A stretch of 64,000 nt of DNA, taken from a virus (Duplodnaviria > Caudoviricetes). Positions 23,574-39,162 of the stretch are shown piece by piece (positions within the stretch are counted from its first letter, which is position 1; every line of letters starts with the position of its first letter). The notes below the pieces were generated by a model. That model worked only from the letters and a program-made list of their open reading frames with translations, ran no database searches and was not told the DNA's origin. A program made the translations under genes and the position numbers. Location of the stretch: positions 46,035-110,034 of the IMG/VR virus record IMGVR_UViG_3300021400_000262; one strand, given 5' to 3'.

Positions 23574-26500
23574 ATGGCGAAATTATATCCGCCTTATATT
23601 GAGGGAACTATTCCGGCTTTTACGGGGACTACTATTGTAGTCCCCTTTTCTCTTAATAGGGCAAATTCAACAACCGATATTGCCGGATTTTCTTTGAGAA
23701 TAAAGACTGTATAGAATAATATTACTTTAGATACATTGGAATAGACTGATAGTGGATATATAGATTTGACCGATAAATTTCAAGTTACTTTTACCATAAA
23801 TGAAACTTTATAGAGCAAATTAACAATAGGTTAGTTTTATAAAGTCCAATTAGCTTTTTTAAGTAATAATTCTAATAATAATGGATTAGATGTTGGATAT
23901 TATTCTACAGTTGGAATTATTAAGTATACAACAATTCCAGATCTGGGTATATCTGGATTGAAAACATAGAAAAGTAGTGATGCTACTACAACAATTAATC
24001 GTCATAATTATAAATACTTAGGATTTTATAGTTAGAAAGATGGCGATTCAACAGAAAAATTATATTCAAGTCGTTTTATTTTAACTAATTCAAAAGATGA
24101 AGTTATTCTTGATTCTGGAGATATTATTCATAACAGTTCATATGATACAAGTCCATATGAATCTTTTGAAGATTATGTTATATCGAGAGAACTTCCAGCG
24201 AATTAGTCTTTTTATTTACAATTTGTTGCTACGACTATTAATAAATTGGTTGCGGCCAGCCCTAAGTACCGCATAATGCAACAAAACTCCGTTAAACCGG
24301 AACTTAATGCAGATGTAATTGCTAATGTTAATTTTGAAGACGCTTATATTGATGTTTCATTAGTTGGACATTTGAATAAAAGAGGCGAAGAAACCCACGT
24401 AACTGGTAGCTTCGTGTTGAGCCGGGCCGCAAGTAATACTGATTGGGCTTGGGAAAATATTATGTTTTTTACTTTACAAGCTCAAAAACCTACTCGTTTC
24501 TTATGGAGGGATTTTACTGTTGAACAAGGTGTTCAATATCAATATGCTGTTTAGCAATATAATGATAATGAACTTTATTCCGCTAGAATAAAGAGCGAAA
24601 TAGTGACTGCGGACTTCGAAGATGCGTTCCTCTTTGACGGGACGCGGCAATTAAAGATTCGTTTTAATCCAAAAGTGGCTAGTTTTAAGAACAACATTCC
24701 TGAACAAAAGATTGATACTATTGGAAGTAAATATCCATATATTTTTAGAAACGGAAAGGTACATTATAAAGAATTTCCTATATCTGGACTAATCTCTTAT
24801 TAGATGGATGACAATAAAATGTTTTACGCTGTAGAAGAACGTGAAAATATTTCTGCAACTCCTAATGATTTAGTTTCTGAGAATATTCATAATGAAAGAG
24901 ATTTTAAATTAGAGGTTCTTGAATGGCTAAATGATGGAAAATTAAAAATCTTTAAATCTCCTACAGAAGGAAATTATTTTGTAAGATTAATGAATGTATC
25001 TTTATCTCCAATAGATCCTCTTGGAAGAATGTTGCATAGTTTTAATTGTACAGCTTATGAAATGTATAATTATAACTATAATAATTTAGTTAATTAGAAC
25101 TTTATTAATGTTTATATCCAACAGACTAAATAGATTAGATTTTTAACGGTTGAATTAACAGGTAAAGATAGCACATTAGCTGATTTAATAGCTAGTCTTG
25201 AAAATTATGCGAATGCTGGAGTAAATGTTGTTTTTACTGAACAATAGCATGCAAAAATTTGTAATCATACATATAGTAAAGATTCAAATTTTGATTATTC
25301 CGCTTTATTCTCGCGTTTATCTGGAACAACTAACTATTATATCCCGGCCGCAACTATTAAAGCAGGAAATAATTTAGCTGCGTTATAGGATATTAATGAA
25401 AATACTATTTTATACTTAACTGGTAGAATTAATCAATATCCTATTTATTCTGTGTAGATTGCTGATATGGTTCCAGGTACAAGATTAACTTTTATTCTCG
25501 ATGATAGAGGAACTACTGAGAGTATTTAGATTAATGCTACTGGAAAATATCATGCGGAGTTTACTGAACCAATAGTTGGTATTAATGTAGATAAAGCTGA
25601 AAATATTAATGTAGATAATATGACGACTGGAATTCAAGGTTCCATTACTTATGGTTATTATAGTACCGCAACTAATATATTTAATACTATTGCGGATGTT
25701 TCTTTATATGATGTACCAATTAAACAATTTTTTGGTACACCTTCAAAGACCTATTATTCAATAAATGATACTACTATGGTAACAACAAATAATTTAATTG
25801 AAGTATTAGAAGATATTAAACGAGATATTTCTCAAATTTTCTTTATTAACTTCTATTCAAGACCAATAAAAAATATTTATTTTAAAGATAATCGAGAGAG
25901 TAATTTTACTTTAACCGCTTTAAAAAATAAAGTTTATTATTGGGATATGGATTGTACAGAACCTATTGATGTAAATACTTTAGCTCCGAATTATATTTAC
26001 GCAATATGCAGAGCTAGATATGATTATACCTATACAAATGATGTTTTATTTGAATAGTATTATATTGATTCTAATTTGTCTCATGGCTATTATGTTGATA
26101 CTTTTGGAAGAAGAATTGAGGCTTTTCTTGGATATTACCTTGATGGTAAATCTGATCAATTTAATACGATTATATTTAAAGACAGCTATGATTTAAAACA
26201 GGTCACTATTAATAAAGATACTATTGATTTAAGATAGACTGAGCAATTCCTTTTACCAGCAGAATCTGGAATAGAATTAACTAAGGTTACTTTTGGAAAT
26301 GGTGTTATGTGTGAAATTAGTTATTAGTATTCAGAAATAACTTATTTAATAGAGCAAACAAGTGAATTAATTAAAAGTAGAAAAGTTGATTATGAGAAAT
26401 ATTATTCTTATTGGATTGAGTTGCATTAGAGCGCTGAAGCATAGACTAGTTTTGAAAATATGCCAGGATTGCAAAACCCAGATACTAGTTTAAATTCTTT

Positions 26501-26621
26501 TGTAGCTTATGAATCTAATTCTGATACGTTGATTAATTTAATTAATACAAGTTATCAAGGATATATAGATTTCTTAGCATTATCATTAAAACAATATAGA
26601 GAGGAGCATGAAGAACTGTGA
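23574..26621 (+). CDS. Putative baseplate/distal-tail-type structural protein (1015 aa)
   Basis: GAGGAG RBS, ATG at 23574. Fragments at 24246, 24603, 24804 and 25620 are in one frame. TGA at 26619-26621 overlaps the next GTG. Segment IRFNPKV...KYPY...LEWLNDGKLKIFKSPTEGN resembles Dit-like tail proteins (inference). Confidence 0.7.
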
Positions 26622-29600
26622 AAAATAATCCTTTATTAGACAAAGATTTTCTTTATGCTCTTGACTAGCAAAAAGAAAAATAGATTTACGCTCGAATAGT
26701 GTCTTTAACCTTTGATGAATTACCAATAGAGTAGATTGAAGGCAAGGTCACAGGTGGATCTATTAATATAGATGGCACTTCAGCTATTAGAAGAACTTGT
26801 TCTGTATCCTTAGTTGCTGAAGATGTAAATATCAGTGATTATTACTGGGGTGTGAATACTAAATTTTAGCTTTTTATTGGAGTTTCCAATAATATTGATA
26901 GTGAATATGATGATATTATTTGGTTTAAGCAAGGTGTTTTTTTAATTACCAGTTTTAATTCTTCTTTATAGGTAAATAATTATAGCATATCTATTTAGGG
27001 TAAAGATAAAATGTGTTTACTAAATGGCGATATAGGCGGCGTTATTGAATCATTAACTGCTGATTTTGGTAAATATGACTAGATAGATAGTAAGGGAAAC
27101 TTATTAAGAAGAGATTATTAGATTAAAGAGATAATTAAAGAGGCTGTCCATCACTATGGCAAAGAACCTTATTCTAATATCGTTATTAAAGATTTAGATA
27201 TGGCTGGATTAGAACTTCTTGAATATCGCGGAGATAAAAGCTTATTTTTATTAATTCAAGATGATATGGTTACTGGATACAGATTTGCGGGCGCCGGTAA
27301 TGAGGCCGCAGAGACGGGCTACCGCAAATTTGATCCAATAACAAAAGAAATTGGAGAAGCTATTTCAATAGAAGATGAAGATTTTGTTTATGACAATAGA
27401 ATCTCAATTACTTTTGGAGAAGAAGAAAATAATCCAACTTATATAGTGGCGGAAGATGACCTAGATCATCCTTATACAGTAGCCAAGATAAATTTTGGGG
27501 ATAGTTGCGGTTATAGAGAAACTGAATTAACTTATGTCGGTGATTTAATTGGTAATGTAGGAGAATCTATAACTCAAGCAGTATTAGATAAAATAGTATC
27601 TATGTTAGGAAATTATGAATATTTTTATGATGTGGATGGTCGTTTTATTTTCAGAGAGAAACAAAATTATATAAATAATAGTTGGAATTCCATTAAAGAT
27701 AATGGAGATTCTTTGTTTGTTGAAAATGCTGCATACGCTTCTCCAGTTTCATATTCTTTTTTAGATAATAATTTAATTACTTCCTTTTAGAACACTCCTA
27801 ATTTATTAAACCTTAAAAATGATTATTCTATTTGGGGAGAAAAAACTATAGGTGATAATCAATATCCGATTCATTTAAGATATGCGATTGATGAAAAACC
27901 TAAATATTATAAGAATTTTAAAGAAGAAATTTATTTAACTCAAGATGAGTATGATAAACTTAGATTCTTAGGACAATTAGAAGATGATTCTAAGGTTGTG
28001 ATTATCATTACTTCTAGATCAAGATTTAAAATAACCCCATTGCCGCAAGGATTGAGCGACTCTTGGTGGGAAATTGATGACTGGACTAGAAGATATTTAT
28101 ATTTCGCCGATGTGAATGATGACCAAGGCCGCACGATAGAAGATTATATTAACTTAACTTCTTATGAAGTTAAAGAAATTGTTGATGCATCTACTAGACC
28201 AGTAGATTAGAGTGTCCATGATTTTAATTATTATGTATATCAATTAAAAATAAATCAGTTAGGTCGTTTCGTTAAAGAGTGGGCAACTGAAGATTGGTTG
28301 GGAATTTTCCCAGAACCAGATTAGGGTTATACTAGCTATTATAGTGCAATAAAAAGAGCTGCTAATTAGGGATTGAATTATTGGGCTTGGCTTTTTGATA
28401 CTGCTTTAGATGCAAATGGGAATGAATATATTCGATCAGTAGAGCATGGTTATAATACATTGCCTGAAGGTCAATATCCATCTGCCTCTCCTGGATGTAC
28501 GCATGTTTTTTCATATGCTCTTGATAGAAAAAATGGTGGCGGTTTCTTTAGAAGCTATATATATGATCCACAAGTGCCAGATAGTTTAAAGGTTGATGCA
28601 GAATTTACTGAAAAAGAAGATACTACTAGTGAAGATATTACTTTATATGATGCTAGATATCATATCTGCGATTGGCGAGAAATTATTTATCAAATGGCCT
28701 ATGATTATTTTCACTATCAGCATAATGATAATTATAATGCTATTATAGCTTTAAATAATAAAGAATATTATCCAGATGGTTTTACTAAATATGAGTAGTA
28801 TTATACTGATATTTATGGCTTCTGGAGAGATATATATAATCCAAAAGCTGATGGATTAACATCTCATATTGTAGATTTATCTTTATAGAATTTATATTCT
28901 TGGAATAAAGAAGAAAAGAAATATGAGTTAATTGATTTACAAGATCCAAATAATGTTTATATTTCTGATCCAAAAGATGTCGTTAATGAAGATGGCGCTT
29001 TTTATTATGTAAGTGGAAAAGATAAGTATTCTCCTTATGTGGTTGGATAGATGAATGGGGATTATTTTTCTTAGGGATTATATAAAAATTTATCTAATTT
29101 AAGAACCGATAAAAAATATCGTGCAGTTCAGATTACTTGGAATTCAAGTAATAGTTTTAATTAGAGTAAATAGAATTATATTTTACAAAATTCAAATTAT
29201 ATTCCTATTTATGAACCAATAGAGGGGATAAATACCTATTACACTTAGACAGCGAGTGATTATATTAATTGGAATTAGACCGGATACAGGAAGATTTCTT
29301 TAACAAGATCTGAATGGGTAAAAGATAAATATTATTTATTTAATGGTATTAATTATACTTTAGATAGTAGTGAAGTTTTTGATAGTAATAATGTTTATTA
29401 TGAATTATCTCCAAAATTTGTTTTAGGTTATAAATATTATTTAGATGAGTCTTGGAGAAAAACTATTAATTTTGCGGCAGGGGTGAATTATTATACTCAG
29501 AATTATTATCAGTTAATAACTAACTCTTCTGAAGCTCAATCATGGGACTACTATGGAATTACAAATGATGGAGAGGCTGTTTGGCAAGAGGTTTATAATA

Positions 29601-31750
29601 ATAATTATTATAAAAAGGTTTTTGATTATTCTCAAAACGTAACGATTGCTTATGAATTAGAAAAAAATATTGATCCTAATATTCAGTATTTTGATTTTCT
29701 TTCTACTACTTCTTTTGATTTATATTCAAAAGTTGAAGCTTTCGTAAAAGGACAGAGATATTATTATGAATATTTAAAACCTAATGCTAGTTTAGGAGAA
29801 GATTATTTTGGGTTAGAAGCTGCTAATGCTTGGAGTTCTGTTTATTGTTATGGTTTAATGGATGGAGAAATTATATTATTTAAATAGAATCCAGGTTTAG
29901 AAACAACTTATTATAGAATAATCCCATATACTAGTGGCACAAGATATTCTAAATAGTATAGAGTAGCGAGTGCAGTTTATTTTGATAATAATACAACCTA
30001 TTATATTAAATCAAGTGCTTCAGATTAGGAAGTTTGTGATTTATCTTCTGTTGTTAAAAATGGGACTTATTTTTATACAGAAGAGAATGAACAATCTTAT
30101 ATTTCAGCTGCGGCGGCCCCGGATAAGAGTTGCATAATGGCTGGCAATAGCGCAGCTTTTTATCCAGGAGATATCTATTATTATTATTATAAACAAGATT
30201 ATAATAATATGGATAATGGATATTATTATATGATGGGTGATTATTATTATTTAAGCGAAGATGAAACTTTTTATAATGATTTGACCTATTATTATGATAC
30301 ATATGGAACAGTAGCTCCTATTACAAGAGAACAATATAAAGCAAATACTTACTATTATAAAGATTTCTTTTCTCGCTTAATGTTTACTAAATACAATATT
30401 TTAATAAGGTTTAAAAAAGGTTCTTCTTATTATGCGATTGAAAATAATACTAATACCTCCTTATTGAGTAATAAAAATTATTTATATGCAACTTTTTATC
30501 CAAAAACGTCTACTATTTTTTATAAGATGAATGATAATGGAATTTTAGAAAAAGTAGGAAACGTGACTCAAGAAGATTTTTATAATGATGATTATTATAT
30601 AGCATATGGAGAATATAATTATTATAATTATGCTAATTTTATTTTAAATAATTTAGTAGCTTCTTATACTAATGAATATAATAAAGATGCTATTTATTAT
30701 AAAGAGATTGATGGAAATGTTGCTGTTGATAAATATCATTGTGTTGGTAAGATTGCAGAAGATGAATTTGTAAGTTAGACATTATATACTGCTAGTTCCG
30801 CTTTAACATTCAAAAAGTCTAGTACAAGACCGGCCGCAGAGGCGCTGCCGCAAACATATTATCTTTTTCCAACTTTGACTTCTGGAATAGAAATAACAGA
30901 TCCAGAAGATTGGGATGAGAATTTATTTGAATTATTAAATGATGGTATTTATTTAGAAAATAAGTTTAATCCTGAGACATATTGGAATTTTGATGTATAG
31001 AATCCTGAAAATTTAATTTTCTGGTTTGATTTTCTTGATGTCTCTACTGGAGGAGATTTAGCTCAGTATTCAGCGCATCTTGTTGGAAATAGGCCAAAAA
31101 CGATTAATAGTAAAGATGTAAAGTCTATTTATTATAGAGATATACCAAGTGTTATTTTTTAGGATAATCAATCTGGTTATGTAAAAATTTTTATAAATGA
31201 AGAAATTTTTGCTGCTAGAGAAGAGGAGTATTATATTTATAATAATAATACAAATAGTTTTGAACAAGTAAAAAGTTTTTCAAAAAATGAAAATCATTAT
31301 ATACTAAAAAATGGTACTTTGGTAGAAGTAAGAAGTAGAGATTTATATTATGATGATATTGATATGTATACAGAAGATGGTATTTTAACCTAGAAGTATT
31401 CTGCTGGAACTGATTATTATCGTAAATGGAACGCTATTCAAGATATGAATTCTGGATATACTTATGTTAATTTAACTGATAATATTAGTAATTTATTTAC
31501 TGTTAGTTCTTAGAAAAAATCCACTTTTAATGTATTAGATGAGTTTTTATATAATAATAGCTATTGTACAGAATCTATTACATTATAGGCTATTCCAGTT
31601 TATTATTTAGAGCCAAATAATCGTATTTTAGTTAGAGATGATTCAACTGAAATTAATGGAGAATATCTAGTTTAGAGAATATCATATCAATTAAATCATA
31701 GTGGAACAATGAGTATAACTGCTACAAAAGCTGTTAGCAGGATATATTAA
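26618..31750 (+). CDS. Putative baseplate hub/Tal-like tail protein with a large Tyr-rich insertion (1710 aa)
   Basis: GTG start in a GTGA overlap, GAGGAG RBS. N-terminal GGSINIDGTSAIRRTCS, middle YEYFYDVDGRFIFRE and C-terminal IPVYYLEPNNRI...GEYLVQRISYQL..GTMSITA motifs are typical of hub proteins. All fragments share one frame; TAA at 31748-31750. Confidence 0.75.
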
Positions 31751-31767
31751 AAAGGAGATTAAGGAGA

Positions 31768-32106
31768 ATGGCAAAAAGAATTAAACAATTTCGTTATTAT
31801 AATGCAGATGCGGTGAATGAAAATTCCCCTTCTAATTTAAGATATTAGCAATTATAGTCTGGTAGTGCATTTGCCGATTATCTTCCTATTTTACAGCTCG
31901 GTATTTAGGCTTTACCTGGTACTAAATTTTATATAAATAATTCTGTAGACCCAGTTATTATTGGGTCTACAGGAGTCTATGAACTTTCTCTTTCTGGAGA
32001 TGCTTAGATTACTGCTTTAGCTTTTTCTCCAAGTTCTATAGCTCAAATAAATGATAATGCAAATGCTTATTTATTAGTTGATATTATTTATGATGATGGA
32101 GAGTAA
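31768..32106 (+). CDS. Small structural/hypothetical protein (112 aa)
   Basis: AAGGAG RBS, ATG at 31768, in-frame TAGs, TAA at 32104-32106 (LGIQALPGTKFYIN...IIGSTGVYEL). Confidence 0.8.
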
Positions 32107-32108
32107 AA

Positions 32109-35100
32109 ATGGGATTTTATGGTAATATTATAAATACCACTCGTACATAGTTTTCATTTGATAGAATATATGCTAATAAATATGAAATGTTCAAAAACGC
32201 AGAAACAGATGGCGTTTATGCCGGACGTTATGTTTTAGTTGAATATGATAAAGATTTGAGCGCAGATTCTTTTATATCAACAGCATTTAGATATAATAAT
32301 AATATGTATGCTGCTTTGAGAAGTGTTGAAACTGCGAGTGGTAAAAAATTTTATGAAGCACCAGAAGCGACGAATTTAATTACATTAGGATCAAAAGTTG
32401 GAAATCTTACTGTCGAAGATGGGACTATTTTAAGATTAACTCCAGGGCATAATTTATCTAATTTTAATGAGCAAATTATGTATATTTAGATTACTGGTTA
32501 TGATGAGCAAAATGATTCCTATAGTTATGCGGCAGTCGATCCTGCGACGTACATTACCTGGGTAAGAAATAATTTTGAACGAGATGATTTATATCATGAG
32601 ACAGAAACTCTGTTACAACAAGAGTTTGAATCAGGTATTTTTTATACAAAAAATGAATCTGGTGCTTTTGTTCCTGCTGAATCATATAATCCTAATCTGA
32701 AATATTATAATTTTGGATATGGAACAAAGATTTTTATTATAAATGGAACTGAGGTTCATGGACTTCATCCATACAGTAATTCTCATGAAATTCAAGTAAA
32801 TGATATGTTTATTTTGAGAAAGTATTGCTCTTATTCTACTAACACTTTAGATGAATTATGGGCGGCTGAAGTGGTGATTGATGAAGTTAATGAAACCTCT
32901 AATTTAGTATGGAATAGAATTACTACAGTATCTAATTCTAATTATTACTTGAATTTTAATATAGATACTATATCTTATCCAGATGCTAAACGAGGTTATG
33001 ATTCAACTGTTTGGCAAAAAGTTTATAGCGAAGGTAAACAATTCTATGTAATGATCGCGGAATTGAATACCATTACGCCCAACTTTGCGATTTCCGCAGA
33101 GGCACCGACCGCAACTCCTTTAGTACCTCATTTTGATACTGATAGTACCAATATGTATTATAAAGTACATTGGCAGCCTCAATGGGGATTTAGGGTCAAG
33201 GCCGCAAGCAATACTCATTTAGGATAGGAAATAGATAATTATGGTATTCCATCTGAAACAAGTAGGATAGTATTAACAGATGATGAAGTTGTTTATCCAT
33301 CTGACAGTTCTACTGCTTGGAAGACACATTTATATAATACTATTACTGCTGAAAAAGCAGAAAAATATTATAATCCAGAGACAGGAAAGCTTGAAGATTA
33401 TAATGAAGAAAAAAATTATAAGATGAAATCAGCAATTTATTTTAATAAAAAAGGCTTTGATGCTGAAAATATTTCTTATAGTGAAGATTTAATAAATGAA
33501 GAATCTTCTGAATATGATGAAACTATTGCTGCTTCTGGATGGACAAATGAGAATGATATAAAAATTGCTCCTACTGGATATAGTGGAAATATTTATGATT
33601 CTCATAATGATAATAATGAAGCTAAACCGCTTCCCGATACTTAGGAATTATCTATTATGATTCCTGCTCTTGGAGATAATATTGCCAAAGTTTGGGATAT
33701 TGTATATGGTGGTAGAGATACTAATGATATTATAAAAGAAACAAATAAAAGAAATTTAGATATTTTCTGGGAAGATGCTAAAGAAGGTGCGATTAGATCT
33801 GGATTGCGCTTGGTTAGTGAAGTACCTTCTTCTGATGGTTTTGTAAAAACCTATAACAATATGATAAAAGATGAAAATGGAAATATTGTTAATAGAGGTG
33901 AAATAAATACTTTAGCTGGTTGTATTAATTCAGTTCATGATCTAATGGGTATGATTTTAGTTAATACGACAGAAGAAGATTTACAAAATCTTCAAAGAGA
34001 TCTTTAGGATGATGATACTTTTGTAGATTATAAAAATATAGATAATAATAAGATTTATTATTTTTCTAATGATGGAACTTATAGAAGAAGACATGAAACT
34101 TATGATTATACAGAAGCTGTCTATGAATATGAACCAATAACATTAACGGCAGATACTTTTATAAAGAACTATTATTATTATAAAGATGGAAATGATTATA
34201 TTCCAAGTTATGATGATAATTTTGATGCTACAAGAGAATATTATGTGAAGAAAATAGATTATTCTGTAGCTTCAAATCAATCTTATTCAAGAGTTGATAA
34301 TTTACAAGCATTTACTTCTGGACCACATTTCCCATATCAAAAAACACTTGGTAATGATTATATATATGATGAATCTCAATATGCCGATGATGACGTTGTT
34401 TATTATAATGTTTCAACATCTGATAATTACAAAATAAATGTAAGTGGAGATTATAAACCATATACATATTATTATTACAATGATATTACAGATATTATAA
34501 CTAGAGTAAATACAGAATATATCGGATCGTGGCATTTAGATACAAATGAACGAGCTTCTTCAAATATTCATGATAATTATTATGAAATAAATGTTGTTCA
34601 AGCAAATAAGAATCTTGAAGAAGTTGCTGATTATGCTGATAATGTTGGTAAATATTTATATTGCCCAGATTATTTCTTTACATTAGATTATAAATTATTA
34701 ACAGGTGTTCCTTCTGCTAGTAATATTGATACTTATTATAAAGGTGTTAATTTAGATATTACTGGTGAACAAGAAATTTATACCAATGGTACAATTTATG
34801 TTCCATTAGAATTAGGAACTGATTATGAATATGATCCTAATACAGGAGATATTATTTGGGATACTTCTTTATTTAATAATGGACAAGTATTAAATATTTA
34901 TACTCAAACAAATGACTTATCTCTTGATAAGAATGATAAAATGACTAAGGGTCAAACATATTATCTTATTACTGCAGAGCAAAGAGAAACTATTGATATC
35001 GAGTATGAAAGAGATGAGAATGGCAACTGGCGTGAAATTATTCGTGGAAATATAGCTCATATTGATAAATATCGTGTTCAAATGATGCCATATCTCCCAT

Positions 35101-36119
35101 ATAGATATTATAGAGTCACTAATAGAGTAGTTGTATTTACTAAAGATGATGGAGAAACATATATTACAAGAGAAGAATATAATCAACTTTCTCAAAATGA
35201 ATAGTTAGAATATTCTGCTAGGACAAAAGATGTTCAATATGATCTTATGACTGGTTCAACAGTAGAAGAATTATCAGAAGATTATTCTCTTTAGTTCTCA
35301 GATTCTTTATCTAAAACATTTGTTAATTATTATACAATAACAAAAGCTACTGATGATGATAATTCAACAATTTCTTTTTATACACCAAGTCGTTTCTATT
35401 ATAATACTTTTGAAGATGCTTTAACAACGGATGAAGAAAAAGATTCTTGGGAACAGGATGGATTCGGATACGGTGACTGGTTAATCGACAGAATGCCCAG
35501 CATGACCGCCGGCCGCAGATACTACACAGAAATAACAACTTCTAGTAGATATGGACCTTTCTATCGACCGAACATGTATTATTATTATAATGATGAATTG
35601 CAAGATTATGTTTTAGATTAGTCTGAAAATATGCAGAATGTAATTTATTATTTAAAAAGTAATTTCTATGTTATAGAAGATAAGACGGGATTCTTATTAA
35701 AAGGTGCTGTTTGGAAATATAATAATGGTGTTATTCCTTGTATAATAAAAGTAGGAACAAGAGAAAGTATTTATGAAATGCAAGAGCTTAAAGGTTTTGC
35801 AAGAACATTAAATACTATTCATGGTTTAATTTTAAAGATTAATAATCTTTTAGAAATAGATGATAATTTAACTCGTGATACTAATACTATTCAAGGTTGT
35901 ATTAATACGATGAAGGATTTGATTTATCGTTTTGATGAGTTAGATTTTAATAAAATGTTAGTAACAAATGAATATGGACGAGTAGTTACTTAGAATCTTG
36001 CAGATATAAAAATTATTTACAATACAAATAAAGTATCTAATTTAGATTCTGCTTTAACGCATTTAGATGAAATCCAAACAATGAGTGCGGCTGAAATAGA
36101 TGCGATTATAAATAGTTAA
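32109..36119 (+). CDS. Large Tyr/acidic-rich virion protein (1336 aa)
   Basis: ATG at 32109. Fragments at 32187, 32805, 33423, 33657, 34245 and 35631 are in one frame. TAA at 36117-36119. Internal repeat NTLAGCINSVHDL / NTIQGCINTMKDL. Confidence 0.75.
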
Positions 36120-36124
36120 TTTTT

Positions 36125-36164
36125 ATGGGGTTTGGATTTTTAGGCCAAACCCCATTAATTTTTT
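36125..36164 (+). terminator. Rho-independent terminator
   Basis: Stem ATGGGGTTTGG / CCAAACCCCAT followed by TAATTTTTT. Confidence 0.7.
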
Positions 36165-36216
36165 GAATACACTTTTCATAATTTTATGAAAATAAAGTAG
36201 AAGGAGGTTTTTTATA

Positions 36217-37182
36217 ATGGCGGCAAATTATGCTAATTATGTTAGATTTTTGCGAGGAACACCTACCGCTTATGAAAATTTGCCGAAGAAAGACTCAGAC
36301 ACTTTATATTTTATATCAGAAAAGAATTCAGATTCTGGAGTTCTCTATTTGGGAACTAAATTAATAAGTGGCGCTGTTTCGATATATACTTCAGTAGAAG
36401 CTCTATAGGATATTTTATTGAAGAATTTGAAATAGGGCGATATACTTGTGTATAATGAAGATAAATAGAAGTGGGTAAATGCTTCTATTCCAGAACTTGC
36501 GACATTAACTGTTCGTATGATGACAGGCGCAACCGAAATTGAAGATGGCTAGTCTGGATTAGTACCAGAACCAAAAGCAGGAGATTAGAATAAATTCTTG
36601 CGCGGGGACGGAACCTGGGCTAATTTTACTGTCCCAGTAATGACTGGAGCATCTTCTTCAAAGGCTGGAACTTCTGGTTTAGTACCAACTCCTAAGAAAG
36701 GAAGTCAAGATTTATTTCTAAGAGGAGATGGTAGTTGGGCCAAAGTAACAGGTACTCTTACGGATGATATGATTTAGGATTTTTCTAATTTGAAATCAAC
36801 TGTAAGTAGAATAGTTGGAGACTATACCGATAAAACCATTTATCAAATTGCCGTTCAAGCTTTAGAAGATAGTTTGATTGCAGCTAATGCCGCAGAAGAT
36901 TTGAATTCATTAGGTGAAATTGCTGATTGGATTCAAAGTACAAATAACAAAAATAATGATTTTAACGATAGAATTCTAGCCCTAGAAAATTTCGTCTATA
37001 CAGGAACTGGAGAATAGGATGGTAATACTTCTGTTATAATTCAGGGATTACGCACATCTGTTGGTAATTTAACAAATATAATAAATGAAATGCATCCTAA
37101 AGTTGAGATGCATGAAGAAAGTATTATAGAGTTAAACGAAAGAACAACATGGCGTGATTTTGCACAGGGAGATTCTGAGTAA
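36217..37182 (+). CDS. Tail fibre-like protein (321 aa)
   Basis: AAGGAGG RBS. Two copies of the fibre motif GLVPxPxxGxQxxFLRGDGxW and a C-terminal coiled coil. TAA at 37180-37182. Confidence 0.75.
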
Positions 37183-37205
37183 AATAAGGAGGAAATTTAA
37201 AAAAT

Positions 37206-39038
37206 ATGGCTATTCTTAATACGGATGTAAAAAATGCTAATGTAAAGTTTTTAAATGGTCTCCAAAGTAATGTAAATACATTAATTACAAATGGTGGCGC
37301 AGTAAAAGGAGCTTTTTATTTAACTTCTGATACGCACAGACTTTATATTGGTCAAGAAGATGATACTCGCAGTAATATCATTGTTCCTGTTCCTGTTAAT
37401 GAAGGTGTTTTAACTGTTGCTAGTGTTAGTGCTTTACCATCACCGAACACAGCGGAGCAAGGAGCGTTTTATTACGCAACTGCGGAAAACATCTTATGCG
37501 TTCATAATGGACGCACATGGGTTCAGATAAACCCAGATACTAATACAACAGTACAATATTTTTATAATACTATTGTAGATAGTTCTGATAAAACAACTTT
37601 AACTTATACTTTAACAGATAGTACTGGTAATGAATTAAGTCAAGGATTAGATTTAGTTGGAGCAAATGGTATTAATATTACTTCGGTATCAGGCGCTAAC
37701 TTTAATGGAACTACATTTGTGCCAAACGCAACAAAAAGAATCACTATCACTGGAGATAGCTACTCTTTAACTGGCACAACCGCAAGTAATATTGCGACTT
37801 TAACTTTAGCTTCTTCTGATACTAATAAAACACCTTCAACGGTTCAAATTCAAGGTGGTTCTAATGTTAGTATTACTACTGAAAATGATAAAATTGTTCT
37901 TAGAGCAACAGATACTTATGTTAATGCTATTTCTCTTACCAACAAACCTACTAATGGGAATGGTTTTGATTTAACAGCTACTTATAATAATAATAGTAAT
38001 GAAATTTATAGCACTTTTGATCCAATAGTTAGTATCAATGGAACTCAAGATTATCATTTTGTAAATGGTAAGGCAACACTTCCAATTTATAGTAAGAATG
38101 AAATTGATGTTTTAGTTAGACAATTAAATTCAATGACATTCCAAGGATTAATCGGAGATAATTAGCTTTTAACAGCTGTCCCTGATAATTCAACTGTTAC
38201 CATTAGTGGCACTGGCGGAACAGTTAAATATGTTTCTGTTGGTGATACATTTAAAATGACAACTGCAAAGAGCGTTATCACTGGGTCAAATACTTCTGGT
38301 ACTGCTGGAGTTGGAGATCTTATTATTGCTCAAGGTACTGAATATACTGCAGCTGATTATGAGAATGGAACAATTACTAATTCTGCTTTAATTGGCACAA
38401 TCAATCCTGCTACGTTATATTGGGGTATTGTTCCTTCTGGAGATGATACTGTCACTCAAATTAGCTATCAAGGTGTTGCTATTGTTGGAGGTATTGAATT
38501 ACAACAATCTTCAAATAGTCAAACCGTTGCTTCTTTAACAGCTCAAGGTGATAATACTTATATTTAGGTTAATAGTGCTAATACTGGAACTGGAGATAAC
38601 GCAAGAAGCTCTCAAGTTTTAACTATTGTCCACAAATTAATAGATTCTGCATTTGTTGATTAGACTGTAGCTGCTACTTCAGCAACTACTCAATCTGCAA
38701 ATGCGCCTTTAACGATTCCAGTTATTACTTCTATTAATAGAGATGCTGCTGGTCACGTATAGAATATTGTTGTCACTGATTATGTTGTAAGAGATACCAT
38801 TAGCAGAATTGATGCAAATGGTTTTACAACCAATATTACAGCTGGAGGAACAGCAGATAATTATGCTAAGATTGATACTAGTTTAACTCTTGTTGATGCT
38901 AATAATAATCAAATTAGTAGTCAAACTGCAAGTTTTGTATTAGAATCAGATACTATTCAATTATCTACTGCGACAAAAACTATTGGTGGAACAACTTATA
39001 AAGCTACTGTAGCTGACATAATTTGGGGTAGTTTTTAA
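37206..39038 (+). CDS. Tail fibre/spike-like protein (610 aa)
   Basis: AAGGAGG RBS. Fragments 37206 and 38256 are joined by TAGs. Thr/Asn/Gly-rich beta structure; ends IIWGSF with TAA at 39036-39038. Confidence 0.75.
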
Positions 39039-39097
39039 TGGACAAAATTAATTAAATTAATAATTAATTTTCGTATTTATTATTGGAAATATATCTT

Positions 39098-39131
39098 ATG
39101 GGAAAGATTAGAAATAATCTTTCCCATTATT
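39098..39131 (+). terminator. Stem-loop (terminator or leader structure)
   Basis: 13-bp stem ATGGGAAAGATTA-GAAA-TAATCTTTCCCAT with a weak T-tract. Confidence 0.6.
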
Positions 39132-39162
39132 TGTATAAAAAGTTAGAAAGGAGTAAAAATCA